Positions 1-12,521 are shown, counted from the first letter of the stretch. The stretch is DNA of 64,000 nt from an uncultured Alphaproteobacteria bacterium (GCA_963739735.1 CAVUBV010000009.1:36777-100776), one strand, 5' to 3'. Numbers and translations: made by a program. The notes: a model not told the origin generated them from the letters alone.

Positions 1-1400
1 GGTGGTCACTTCGGTGATGACCTTCGACTACGACGCCCGCGTCTTCAATCTGCTCGACACGCCGGGCCACGAGGATTTTTCCGAGGACACTTACCGCACG
101 CTCACCGCGGTCGACTCGCGCGGTGATGGTGATCGACGCCGCCAAGGGTATCGAGGCGCGCACGCGCAAATTGTTCGAGGTGTGCCGGCTGCGCGATATC
201 CCGATCATCACCTTCATCAACAAGATGGACCGCGAGAGCCGCGACCCGTTCGAGTTGCTCGACGAAATCGAAAAGACGCTGGCGCTCGACACCACGCCGA
301 TGACCTGGCCGATCGGCCGCGGCCGCGATTTCGCCGGCACTTATGATATTGCCTCGGGCGAAATGCGGCTGTTGAGCGAGGACGGCAAGACCGCAGCCCC
401 GCAGCCGCTCGATCTCGCGGCGCTCGCTACGAAAAATCCGATGCTCGACGCCAATGCAATCGCGGAAGAACTGGCGCTGGTCAAGGACGCCTGCCGGCCG
501 TTCGATTTCGATTCCTTTCGCGAGGGCCATCTGACGCCGGTGTTTTTCGGCTCGGCCTTGAAGAATTTCGGCGTCAAGGATTTGCTCGACGCGCTCGCCG
601 CAATTCGCGCCGCCGCCGCGCGCGCAGGCTGTCGAACAAGCGCACGGTCGACGCGCATGAAGGACGCCATGACCGCCTTCGTCTTCAAGATCCAGGCCAA
701 CATGGACCCCAACCACCGCGACCGCATCGCCTTCGCGCGGCTGTGCTCGGGCAAGCTCGCGCCGCGGCATGAAGGCGAAGCTCGTGCGCACCGGCAAACC
801 GATGACGCTGTCGGCGCCGCAATTCTTCTTCGCGCAGGATCGCACGGTGGCCGACGAGGCCTATGCCGGCGACGTGGTCGGCATTCCCAACCACGGCACG
901 CTGCGCATCGGCGACACGCTGACCGAGGGCGAGGACATCGCCTTTCTCGGCGTGCCGAATTTCGCGCCGGAAATCCTGCGCCGCGTCAAGCTCGGCGACC
1001 CGATGAAGGCGAAGAAGCTGAAAGAGGCGCTGCAGCAGATGGCGGAGGAGGGCGTCGTGCAGGTGTTCCGCCCGCTCGACGGCGCGCCGGCGCTGGTCGG
1101 CGTGGTCGGCCCGCTGCAGCTCGACGTGCTGAAGGTGCGGCTCGCCGACGAATACGGCCTCGACATCGGCTATCGACACGCCGGAATTTTCGCTGGCGCG
1201 CTGGATTGCCTGCGCTGACTCAAAGAAGCTCGACGATTTCGTGCAGGCGAATTATTCCAGCGTCGCCGAAGACCTCGACGGCGACCGCGTGTTCATGGCG
1301 CGCAACCAGTTCATCCTCGACTATACCGGCCGAGCGCGCCCCGGGCATCGTCTTCACCGACATCAAGGATGTGAAGAACAGGGCTGCCGAGGCGGCCTAG
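1..1400 (+). CDS. prfC: Peptide chain release factor 3, 5'-truncated by the window edge, several apparent frameshifts
   Basis: [48 protein letters not shown] and [12 protein letters not shown] pieces lie in ORFs 2..346, 123..1400, 769..1218 and 1241..1477. Confidence 0.93.
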
Positions 1401-1458
1401 AAGCGCTCTTGCTTCGCCGCCGCGTTCCCTTCTACTGCGCCGCTTCCGGGAGTGTATC

Positions 1459-2045
1459 ATGGGTCTGGTGGTTCTGATCATCGGCTTGGTCTGTGTTCTC
1501 GGCGACCCACGTCTTCGTGACGTTGCGCGGCGCGCGCGCGAACGCTGATCGCGCGCGCTCGGCATGAACGGCTATCGCGCGCTGTTCTCGATCGTCTCGA
1601 TCGTCGGGCTTGCGCTCATCGTCTGGGGATATGGCGAATACCGCGCGCATGAGTGGATCCAGATCTGGTCGCCGCCCGCCTTCATGCGGCACATCACCGT
1701 CGGCCTGATGCTGTTTGCGGTGATCTTCTTCACCGCCGCCTTCGTCCCCAGCCACATCAAGATGCAAGCTCAAGCATCCGATGCTGGCCAGCGTGAAGAC
1801 CTGGGCCTTCGCGCATCTGTTGTCGAACGGCGATCTCGGCTCGATTCTGCTGTTCGGCTCGTTCCTCGCCTGGGGCGTCTATGCCCGCATTGCCGCCAAG
1901 AAGCGCGGCGACGCTCGGCGCCACGACCGCGCCGGCCGGCTGGACCAACGAGCCATCGTGGTCGTGCTCGGCATCGTCATCTTTCTCGCGCTCGGCTATT
2001 ACTTCCATCCTTACGTGATCGGCGTGCCGGTGTTTCGGGAGGTAA
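1459..2045 (+). CDS. NnrU-family membrane protein (frameshifted)
   Basis: GYRALFSIVSIVGLALIVWGY, HPMLASVKTWAFAHLLSNGDL and HPYVIGVP are split across frames; ATG at 1459; ends inferred. Confidence 0.75.
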
Positions 2046-2051
2046 GTCCGC

Positions 2052-2898
2052 ATGTCGGTCCAGGACGAAATCAGGCGGCTCACCGCGCCCGATATCCGCG
2101 CCCGCAAGGGCGGCGATCCGATCGTCTGCCTCACCTCCTATCACGCGCATACCGCGCGCCTCGTCGACAAATATTGCGACGTCATCCTGGTCGGCGACTC
2201 GCTCGGCATGGTGATGCACGGGCTCGAGACCACCGTGCCGGTCACGCTCGACATGATGATCCTGCAGGGCCATGCGGTGATGCGCGGTTCTAAGCGCGCG
2301 CTGGTGGTCGTCGACATGCCGTTCGGCTCCTACGAGGCCTCGAAGGAACAGGCCTTCCTGAACGCCGCGCGCGTGCTGAAGGAAACCGGCTGCGGCGCCA
2401 TCAAGGTCGAAGGCGGCGCGCGCATGGCCGAGACGATCGCCTTTCTGGTCGAGCGCGGCGTGCCGGTGATGGCGCATGTCGGCCTGACGCCGCAGTCGAT
2501 CAACACCATCGGCTCGTTCCGCGCGCAGGGGCGCGACGAGGCCGACTGGGGGCCGATCGAGGAGGACGCGCAGGCGGTGGCGGATGCCGGCGCCTTTTCG
2601 GTGGTGATCGAGGCGGTGGCCGAGCCGCTTGGCGCGCAAGATCACCGCGGCGGTGCCGATTCCCACCATCGGCATCGGGGCAAGCGCTGCCTGCGACGGG
2701 CAGATGCTGGTGCTGGAGGACATGCTCGGCCTGTCGCCGCGGGTGCCCAAATTCGTCAAGCGCTTCGGCGATCTCGGCCCCGGCATCGAAAAGGCGATGG
2801 CCGACTATGCCGCGGAGGTGCGCGCCCGCGCCTTCCCGGGCCCTGAGCACGTCTATCCGATGAAGGGCAAAAAGGCCATAAATCCCTCGAATCGTTAA
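2052..2898 (+). CDS. panB: 3-methyl-2-oxobutanoate hydroxymethyltransferase (one frameshift near 2630)
   Basis: [30 protein letters not shown]; C-terminal [14 protein letters not shown] in ORF 2629..2898. Confidence 0.95.
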
Positions 2899-2995
2899 CG
2901 ATTGTCGGGCGAGCTTTGCCTTGCGTCCGCCACATCGTTAGGTTACGCCGCGACCGGGCCCGGGAGGGGCCGTTTGGCCGGGTGTGGAGCGGTTC

Positions 2996-3654
2996 TTGGC
3001 CGATATTTTTCACGAAGTTGACGAGGAAGTCCGCCGCGAACGGCTGCAGAAGCTGTGGGAGCGCTACAGCATCTCATCATTGCGCTGGCGGTCCTGATCG
3101 TCGCGGCGATCGCCGCCTGGCGCGGCTATGAATGGTGGCAGGCCAAGCAGGCCGCCGCCGCCGGCGCCCAGTTCGAGGCAGCGCTTGACGCTGAGCGAGC
3201 AGGGCAAGCACGCCGAGGCCGAGGCCGCTTTCGCCAAGATCGCCGCTGAGGCGCCGGCCGGCTATCGCATGCTGGCGCGCTTGCGCGCGGCCGCCGAACT
3301 GGCCGCAGGACAAGCCCGGCGAGCGGTGAAGGCCTATGACGAGATCGCCGCCGACGGCTCGCTCGGGCCCGACCTTGCGGGATCTCGCCGCGTTGCGCGC
3401 CGGCATGCTGCTGGTGGACAGCGCGCCGCTTGCCGAGATGCAGCAAGCGCCTCGACCCGCTCGCCGAGCCGGGCCGCAGCTTTCCGCCACAGCGCGCGCG
3501 AAATGCTCGCGCTGTCGGCCTGGCGCAACCAGGATTTCACCGCCGCGCGAGCGCTATATCGACATGATCGCGACCGATGCCGAGACGCCGCCGGGCGCGC
3601 GCGCCCGTGCCGAAGTGCTCTCGGCGCTGATCCGCCGGCGGCGGCAAGAGCTGA
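2996..3654 (+). CDS. YfgM-like tetratricopeptide-repeat membrane-anchored protein (frameshifted)
   Basis: TTG start reads MADIFHEVDEEVRRERLQKLWERY, followed by a transmembrane helix and helical repeats; usual position upstream of der. Confidence 0.8.
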
Positions 3655-3663
3655 GGATAGTCC

Positions 3664-4234
3664 ATGCGCCGTCTTCACGCATCGTGCTGCTGGCCGCGCT
3701 GGTCGCGCTCGCGCCGGCGCTCGCCGGTTGCGAGAACATCGATATGGACAAGCTCGACGTCTTCGGGCTCACCAAGAAGAAGCCGTTGCCGGGCGAACGC
3801 AAGCCGCTGTTTCCGCAAGGCGTGCCGGGCGTGACGCAAGGCATTCCGCCGGAATACATGAAGGTCGATCAGCCGCAGCGGGAGCTGCGCAGCAGCCGGG
3901 CTCCGCAGCGGCGTCGCCAACACCGCCGCGACAGCGCCGGCGCCAGCCGGCAAGCGGCCGCGCCGCGCGGTCGCCAAGACGGCGGCGGTCGAGCCGGCCG
4001 CAAGCCCAAACCGAAACCCAAGCCGAACGCGTCAAGCGCAAGCCGAAGCCCAAGCCGCAACGCGCAGGCGCGCAAGCCGGCGCCAGCGGCCGCGCAGGCC
4101 AGGCGCAGCCGGCGGCGCACAGCGCCAGCGCCTGGCCGGGTCAGCCCAGCAGCCGAGCAGCCGCGGCCGCACAGCAGGCACCCGGCACCGCGCCCTGGCC
4201 GTCGGCGCCGCCGCCGGGCACATTCTCGCACTGA
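3664..4234 (+). CDS. Lipoprotein with Pro/Ala/Lys-rich tail, in the slot usually held by BamB (frameshifted)
   Basis: Lipobox LAGC, then KKPLPGERKPLFPQGVPGV; ends APWPSAPPPGTFSH*. Confidence 0.7.
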
Positions 4235-4243
4235 CGCTAAGCG

Positions 4244-4342
4244 CTTCATGCGCGGGCTTGACCCGCGCAGCCAGCTGGCAAACAGATCGCTTATCGGATT
4301 GCGGTTCGACCGATGGCCGGCGTCGAATGCCCGGCAATGACG
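4244..4342. repeat. Paired palindromic REP/RIME-like intergenic element
   Basis: Hairpin atgcgcggg-cttga-cccgcgca and an inverted degenerate partner gatggccggcgtcgaatgcccggcaatgacg. Confidence 0.7.
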
Positions 4343-4346
4343 TGTC

Positions 4347-5715
4347 ATGACCTTCACCGTCGCCATTGTCGGCCGGCCCAATGTCGGCAAGTCGACGCTG
4401 TTCAACCGGCTGGTCGGCCGGCGGCTGGCGCTGGTCGACGACCGGCCGGGCGTCACGCGCGACCGCCGCGAAGGCGAAGCGCCGGCTCGGCGATCTCGAG
4501 TTCACGGTCATCGATACCGCCGGGCTGGAAGAGTCGGCGCCCGACAGCCTCACCGGCCGCATGCGGGCGCAGACCGAAACCGCGATCGCGCAGGCCGACG
4601 CGATCTTCTTCATGATCGACGCGCGCGCCGGTCCGACCGCCGGTCGACCGCGCCTTTGCCGAACTGGTCCGCAAGTCCGGCAAGCCGACCGTGCTCATCG
4701 CCAACAAGATGGAAGGCACCGCCGGCGAAGCGGGCCGGCTCGAAGCCTATGCACTCGGCCTCGGCGACCCGGTGGCGATTTCGGCCGAGCACAATGAAGG
4801 CCTGGCCGATCTCTACGACGCGCTGCGCGCGGCGCTGCCGGAGCAGCACCGCGCGCAGCGTCGAGGCGGCGGCCGCGCCGTCCGGGCCGCATCCGATCCG
4901 CGTCGCCATCGTCGGGCGGCCGAACGCCGGCAAGTCGACGCTGGTCAACCGGCTGATCGGCGAGGAGCGTCTGCTCACCGCGCCGGAAGCCGGCATCACG
5001 CGCGACGCCATCGCGGTCGATCTCGACTGGCACGGGCAGAAATTCCGCATCCACGACACCGCCGGCCTGCGCCGCCGCTCGCGCGTCGACGAGAAGCTGG
5101 AAAAGCTGTCGGTCGCCGACGCGCTCAACGCCATCCGCTTTGCCGAAGTGGTGGTCGTGCTGATCGACGTCGAGAACGCTTTCGAGGAGCAGGATCAGCG
5201 CATCGCCGATCTGGTCGAGCAGGAAGGCCGCGCGATCGTCATCGCGGTCAACAAATGGGATTTGAAGGAGAAGACAGCCGGCGCCATCGGCAAGCTGCGC
5301 GCGCAGGCCGACGACAAGCTGCCGCAGATGAAGGGCGTGCCGTTGGTCGCGGTGTCGGCGCTGACCGGCGAGGGCCTCGACCGGCTGATGCAGGCGATCG
5401 TCGATGCGTACGAGGTCTGGAACAAGCGCGTGCCGACCGCGGCGCTCAATCGCTGGTTCGAGGCATGCGGTCGAAGCGCATCCGCCGCCGGCGGTGTCGG
5501 GGCGGCGGCTCCGCCTCAACTACATCACGCAGGCCAAAAGCCGGCCGCCGAGCTTCGTTGTGTTCTGCACGCGCGCCGACGCCGTGCCCGACGCCTACAA
5601 GCGCTATCTGGTCAATTCGCTGCGCGAGAGCTTCGAACTGCCCGGCACGCCGATCCGCCTGACGCTGCGCGAGAAGGACAACCCGTTCAAGGGGCGCGCG
5701 AAGCGCAAGCATTGA
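4347..5715 (+). CDS. der: Ribosome biogenesis GTPase Der/EngA (frameshifted)
   Basis: Two G domains ([24 protein letters not shown]), DTAG, NKWD; C-terminus ..PPSFVVF..GTPIRL. Confidence 0.95.
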
Positions 5716-5825
5716 GGCGAGCCGCCCGCCGGGCGTCCTCAGGGAGCGATCCGCGAGAGAACCGGTTCGCCGCGTTGGGATCAAGGACTTGAAGTTCTCG
5801 TTGATTTAATCGGACACTTAACGCA

Positions 5826-6288
5826 TTATTTTGCCGCACAGATCGCGTTCATGCCCTTGGACGGACCGCATTTGGCGGACGTTGCCTGAATTTGCGGCGG
5901 CGTCGGCGTGTCGGCGGCGCAAAGCGCGGAGACGAGCACTTCGTTCGCATTGCAGGTGACCGTGCAGCCGCTCGTCCCGCAGGCGGTCGCGCCGAGCGTA
6001 ACCACGCGAAGCTTGTTGCCGGCAGGTCCCGCCGGACCGGCGTCGCCTTTGGCTCCGGCATCGCCTTTATCGCCTTTATCGCCTTTGGGACCGGCCGCCC
6101 CCATGGCGCCCATCGGACCGGCGGGCCCGGTGTCGCCTTTGGCGCCTGGCGGGCCCATGGCCAGCCGGTTCGGCGACGCCCGCATCGCCCTTCGGACCTT
6201 GCGGTCCCGCCGCTCCGGCCGGGCCTTGCGGGCCCTCGAAGCAGCCGGCCAAGAGGAAAGCCGCCGCGATCAGCGCTGATGCTGTCAT
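5826..6288 (-). CDS. Collagen-like lipoprotein with Cys-rich C-terminal domain (frameshift near 6165)
   Basis: MTASALIAAAFLLAGC lipobox, about 25 Gly-X-Y triplets, then about 65 aa with 6 Cys. Confidence 0.8.
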
Positions 6289-6466
6289 ATTCGCATGGTT
6301 TCCTCCCCTTTGCTTGGCTTGCCGCTCGCTTTTCGCGCGAGGCGGCGGCCGTTTCATGCAGCCCTTATGTATTGGGCCGCTTCCGGTCGTCCCCTGCCGG
6401 ATGGTGCGCGTTAAGGATGACGCATTCAAGACGTGGCGCAAGGGCGTTGCGTCGCGGCGGGTGGGC

Positions 6467-7213
6467 TCAGGCCGGCGCCGCCAAATCGAGAAATTTCCCG
6501 CGCGGAAATGTAAATCTTGCCGGTCTGCGCGCAATCGGCAGGCACAGAGGCACAATCGTCTTCACGACTTCTTCCGCCGTCGGCAGCGTATCGGGATCGA
6601 TTCCGGGGAACGCCGGCCGGTATACATGCGGGTGCGCGTCGGGCCGGGGCTGAACAGATTCGCCCGCACATTGGTGCTCGCGCATTCGGCGGCGTAGGTG
6701 CGCACCAGCGCGTCGAGCGCGGCCTTGGAGGCGGCATAGGGGCCCCAATAGGCGCGCGCCATATAGGCGAGCGCCGAGGTGATGAACACCGCGCGCCCGG
6801 CATCGGAGCGCTTGCAGCAGCGGGTCGCATGGCGCGGATCAGATGCCAATTGGCGGTGACGTTGACCGCCATCACATCGTCCCAGGCCTTCGGCTCGACA
6901 TGGCCGAGCGGCGACGGCGTGGTCCAGCAGCGCCGGCATTGCCGATCAGCATGTCGAGCCGGCCGTAGCGCTCGTTGAGCGCCAGCGCGAGCCGCGCGAT
7001 GCCGTCGATGTCCTTCATATCGAGCGGCACCAGAGTGGCCGATGCCGCCGGCCGCCTTGATCTTGTCGTCGAGTTCTTCCAGGCCGCCGACCGTGCGCGC
7101 CACCGCGACCACATGCGCGCCGGCTTGCGCGAGTTCGCAGCGCCAGCCGCCGCGCCAATGCCGCGCGAGGCGCCGGTGACGAGCGCGATACGGTCGGAGA
7201 GGGGTTTCGACAT
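6467..7213 (-). CDS. Short-chain dehydrogenase/reductase (YciK-like), frameshifted
   Basis: TGASRGIG, GNAG, YAASKAA, PGPTRTRM; lies downstream of purF. Confidence 0.85.
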
Positions 7214-7234
7214 GCGGTAAGGCTAGCGCAAAGC

Positions 7235-8723
<1,489 letters not shown>

Positions 8724-8725
8724 GG

Positions 8726-9335
8726 CTATCGGGTTCCGCTGCGTGTTGACGCCTGATCACGTGCGCCGGCAGTTCCGACTTCCGGTCGGGACTGGCGTCC
8801 GGCGGTTCCTGGTCTTCCGGCTTCGGCCGCTTCAACCGCTTCAAGATGGTGCTTTCGGGGTCATCCGGCAACATGGACATCACCATTGTCCGGTACTTTG
8901 CAACACGACCTTCGACTTGGCGCCGCGCACCCATTCCGGCTGGCTGCGCTCGGGCACCAGCCAGGCGAAGAACAGGAAGGCGACGACCACGATGATCAGG
9001 CCGCGGCCGAGCCCGAACAGGAAGCCGAGCGTGCGGTCGAGCGCGCCGACCCGGCTGTCGAGCACCATGTCGGAAATGCGCACGGTGATGATCGAGACGA
9101 TCAGCAGCGTGATCAGGAACACCGCGCCGATGCTCACGCCGGCCGCCACCATGTTGCTGCTGAAATAGCCCTGCGCGATCGGCAGCACGCGCGAATAGGA
9201 ATAAAGCGTGACCAGCGCGGCGATGCCCCAGGCGCCGATCGACAGGATCTCGCGCATGAAGCCGCGGATCATGGCGAGCAGGCCGGAAATCAACATGACC
9301 ACCAAAAGGAGGATGTCGAGCAGCGTGATCGGCAT
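8726..9335 (-). CDS. cvpA: Colicin V production protein CvpA family (3' end uncertain, frameshift)
   Basis: RGFMREILS, DRTLGFLFGLGRG; directly upstream of purF. Confidence 0.85.
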
Positions 9336-9467
9336 CGGGGTTCATGCGCTCCGCGGGTGGCGCGGCAACGCGGCGCAATCGGCGCGGCAATCCGCCGCCG
9401 CGGCGGCTCCGGGACAGGCCAACGCTGTGGGCTTTAAGTGCTTAATTTTAGGCCCATTTCTGCTCGC

Positions 9468-10948
9468 TCACCCGCTTGCTGGCGAAGGCCGCGGGAGGCG
9501 GTTTCGACGCCCCCGTGTATAGCGGGGCGTCACCGTGCCGTCACCCGTCTTGTCCACGGGTTTTACCGCCTTTGGCCCGCTGCCGCGGGCGGCGATGTCG
9601 GCGACCAGATTGGCGAGGCTTGCCACCTCGGTGATCCTGAGGCCGCCGTCCCCCGTTTCCGCGCGCGCGGCTTCGGGAACCACGGCGCGGGTAAAGCCGA
9701 GCTTTGCGGCTTCTTTGAGCCGGGCCGGCGCCTGCGCCACCGGCCGGATGGCGCCGGACAGCGACACTTCGCCGAAATAGACGGCTTCCGCCGGCAAGGG
9801 CGCATTGGCGAGCGAGGAGACGAGCGCGGCGGCGGCGGCGAGATCGGCCGCCGGCTCCTGGATGCGCAGGCCGCCGGCGACGTTGAGGTAGACGTCGTGG
9901 CCGCCGAGCCGCACGCCGCAATGGGCTTCCAGCACCGCCAGCACCATGGACAGCCGGCTCGGGTCCCAGCCGACGACGGCGCGTCTTGGCGTGCCGAGCG
10001 AGGTCGGCGCCACCAGCGCCTGGATTTCGACCAGCAGCGGCCGCGTGCCCTCGATGCCGGCGAACACCGCGGTGCCGGGTTGGCCGAGATCGCGCGCCGA
10101 CAGGAACAGTTCGGACGGGTTGGCGACTTCGCGCAAGCCCGATCCCGTCATCTCGAACACGCCGATCTCGTCGGTCGGGCCGAAGCGGTTCTTCACCGCG
10201 CGCAAGATGCGGAACTGGTGCGAGCCTTCGCCCTCGAAGGAGAGCACGGCGTCGACCATGTGCTCGACCACGCGCGGGCCGGCGATCTGCCCGTCTTTGG
10301 TGACATGGCCGACCAGGATGATGGCCGCGCCGGAGCGCTTGGCATAGCGGATCAGCGCCTGCGCGCGCCCGCGCACTTGCGTCACCGTGCCGGGCGCCGA
10401 TTCGACCAGTTCGGTCCACATGGTCTGGATCGAGTCGATGACGATCAGCCGCGGCGTCTTGCCCTCCGACAGCGTGGCGATGATGTCCTCGACCGAGGTT
10501 TCCGCCGCGAGCTCGACCGCGGCATCGCGCAAGCCTCAGCCGCTCGGCGCGCAGGCGCACCTGGGCGACCGCTTCTTCGCCGGAGATATAGACCGCGCGC
10601 TCGCCCGTTGCGCGCCATGGCGGCGGCGGCCTGCAGCAACAAAGTCGACTTGCCGATGCCGGGATCGCCCGCCATCAGCAGCACCGAACCGCGCACGAAA
10701 CCGCCGCCGGTGACGCGGTCGAATTCGGCGACGCCGCAGGGCAGGCGCGGGGCTTCATGCGCCTCGCCGGTCAGCGGCTCGAGCGCGAACAGGCGGCCTT
10801 TGCCGGCTTTGCGCCCCGGTCCGGCCGGGCGCTCGGCGCCTTCCTGGGCCAGCGTGTTCCACTCGCCGCAGGCCTCGCATTTGCCCTGCCAGCGGGGCGC
10901 CGCCGCGCCGCAGTTCTGGCAGATGAAGCTGAGAGTGCGCCGGGACAT
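9468..10948 (-). CDS. radA: DNA repair protein RadA/Sms (frameshifted around 10530-10610)
   Basis: CQNCG..CEACG zinc finger, GDPGIGKSTLL, KNRFG, Lon-like C-terminus. Confidence 0.96.
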
Positions 10949-11008
10949 GCTCGGAATCGCCGTGGAATCGCCGCCAGATCAATGGTCTGGAGGCTAATCC
11001 AGCCATGA

Positions 11009-11023
11009 GAACATTACAAGAAC
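11009..11023 (-). promoter_or_regulatory. Alphaproteobacterial LexA (SOS) box upstream of radA
   Basis: GAAC-attacaa-GAAC, i.e. GTTC-N7-GTTC on the radA strand, about 60 bp before the start. Confidence 0.8.
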
Positions 11024-11131
11024 ATTTGTTACGAAGGGCTTAATTGCAAGGGGAAAAGCCGCCCGGCGGATGACCGGCGCAAATACCGCCGGCGGGGGGA
11101 ACCCAGGGCGTATCCTCATGAAGCGGTCGGA

Positions 11132-11176
11132 TGGCCGCCAAGCGCCAACAACGGACTCAATGCTTCGCAGCAAACG
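11132..11176 (+). repeat. 3' part of TGTCCGC/GCGGAC-type repeat (copy A)
   Basis: tggccgccaagcgcca resembles tatccgccaagtgcca (12073) and tgtccgctaagtgcca (21351), and is followed by acaacggac. Confidence 0.55.
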
Positions 11177-11278
11177 ACGCCTTCGAATGGGAGCGGAGCT
11201 TGCTGCTCCGTCCGACACGCTATCCAGTTGAATTGAAACCGGCCTGCACGAGGGTCCGCGCACAAGGGAGACAAGGCG

Positions 11279-12001
11279 ATGTGCACCAATTGCGAGAACG
11301 AAGGGGTCGGTCGGAGGGATCTGCTGAAGTTCGGCGCGGCGGGTATTGTCGCGCTCGGGCTTGGCGGCGTTTCGTGGCGCGCGCGCGCCGCGGATGGGGC
11401 GCCGACCGCGCTCTCACCTGGCGAGGCGATTGCCGCACTGAAATCGGGCAACGAGCGTTATGTGAGCCATCCGGAACTCTGCTCGATCGACGTCGCAAAG
11501 AGGCGGCGTGCGGTCGCGGCGCATCAGGCGCCCTGGGCAACGATCATTAGCTGCGCCGACAGCCGGGTGCCCCCGGAACTGATCTTCGGCGGCCAAGGCG
11601 TCGGCGAACTCTTTGTCGCGCGCAATGCCGGCAACCTGGTCGACACGGCGACGCTCGGCACCGTCGAATACGGCGCCGCCGTGCTCGGTTCGCCGCTCAT
11701 CGTCGTTCTCGCCCACACCGGCTGCGGCGCGGTGAAGGCGGCCTGCGATGTCGTCACCAAGAATGCGACTTATCCAGGCGCGATTGGCCCGATGATCGAG
11801 CCGATTCTACCGGCCGCGCTTGCGGTGCGGAGCGACCCTGGCGATTTGGTCGACAACGCCGCCAAAGAAAGCGCCAAGCGGACCGCCGTGCGGCTGACCG
11901 CAGCGAGTAGGCTGATCGCCGGCCTCGCAGACGCCGGGAAACTGAAGATCGCCGCCGCGATCTACGACCTGAAAACGGGCGTCGTCACTTTTCTCGATTG
12001 A
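11279..12001 (+). CDS. Beta-class carbonic anhydrase with twin-arginine signal peptide
   Basis: GRRDLLKFG Tat motif; SCADSRV, RNAGN and HTGCGAV zinc-ligand motifs. Confidence 0.93.
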   Translation: MCTNCENEGVGRRDLLKFGAAGIVALGLGGVSWRARAADGAPTALSPGEAIAALKSGNERYVSHPELCSIDVAKRRRAVAAHQAPWATIISCADSRVPPELIFGGQGVGELFVARNAGNLVDTATLGTVEYGAAVLGSPLIVVLAHTGCGAVKAACDVVTKNATYPGAIGPMIEPILPAALAVRSDPGDLVDNAAKESAKRTAVRLTAASRLIAGLADAGKLKIAAAIYDLKTGVVTFLD

Positions 12002-12018
12002 GGGACCTAACGCAGGCT

Positions 12019-12092
12019 AATCCACCTTTGCGCGCGTTGGTCGAGGAGCGGACAAACAGGGCGCAGCTGAATTATCCGCCAAGTGCCAGACG
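12019..12092 (+). repeat. Near-complete degenerate TGTCCGC/GCGGAC-type repeat (copy B)
   Basis: Aligns by eye to 22095-22131 (25/37) followed directly by 21331-21370 (30/40). Confidence 0.7.
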
Positions 12093-12206
12093 ATACCGAT
12101 GGCTCAAGCGCCGAGGAGTACCAGGCCGGCGATACTTGGTATTCGACACTTGGCATTTACCAATCCCGCCGGTTTGATTTGCCATCAGGTTTCGCTCGGT
12201 GGAGAC

Positions 12207-12521
12207 ATGAACGTTCGAAATTTTGCGTTAGGGCTGTACGTGACCATAGTTTCCGCTCCCGGCATGCGACGGTTGATTTTTGCAGGCGCTATTTGCGCGG
12301 CAATTTTTGGCGGCGCGTCCGCGCCGTCACGCGCAGCAGATATTCGGCCGGCTTTTGCACCACACGCCAAGCACGTCAGGACCTCGTCGCATTATTGGAG
12401 CTGGCGCGACCGATGCGCTTGGGCAGGCTATTACTGCCTCTACGCGTGGCACGGATACGTCTACCATTATCCTTGGGATGACCGCGCTTACGCCTATCAC
12501 CCGCGCCGGCGCCGGCACTGA
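12207..12521 (+). CDS. Small secreted hypothetical protein rich in Tyr/Trp/His
   Basis: GGAG RBS before ATG 12207 (alternative start 12264); signal peptide ending SRA-AD; RCAWAGYYCLYAWHGY. Confidence 0.6.
   Translation: MNVRNFALGLYVTIVSAPGMRRLIFAGAICAAIFGGASAPSRAADIRPAFAPHAKHVRTSSHYWSWRDRCAWAGYYCLYAWHGYVYHYPWDDRAYAYHPRRRRH

Noticed and set aside
100-1340. Programmed frameshifting in the release factor gene
   Set aside because: This is prfC, not prfB. There are several shifts, no CTT-TGA slippery site, and neighbouring genes show the same error pattern.
5806-5821. CtrA box TTAA-N-TTAAC
   Set aside because: Spacer is 8, not 7, and it lies between convergent gene ends.
9466-9502. REP-like remnant at the radA 3' end
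   Set aside because: Only weak palindromy; not supportable without a genome-wide search.
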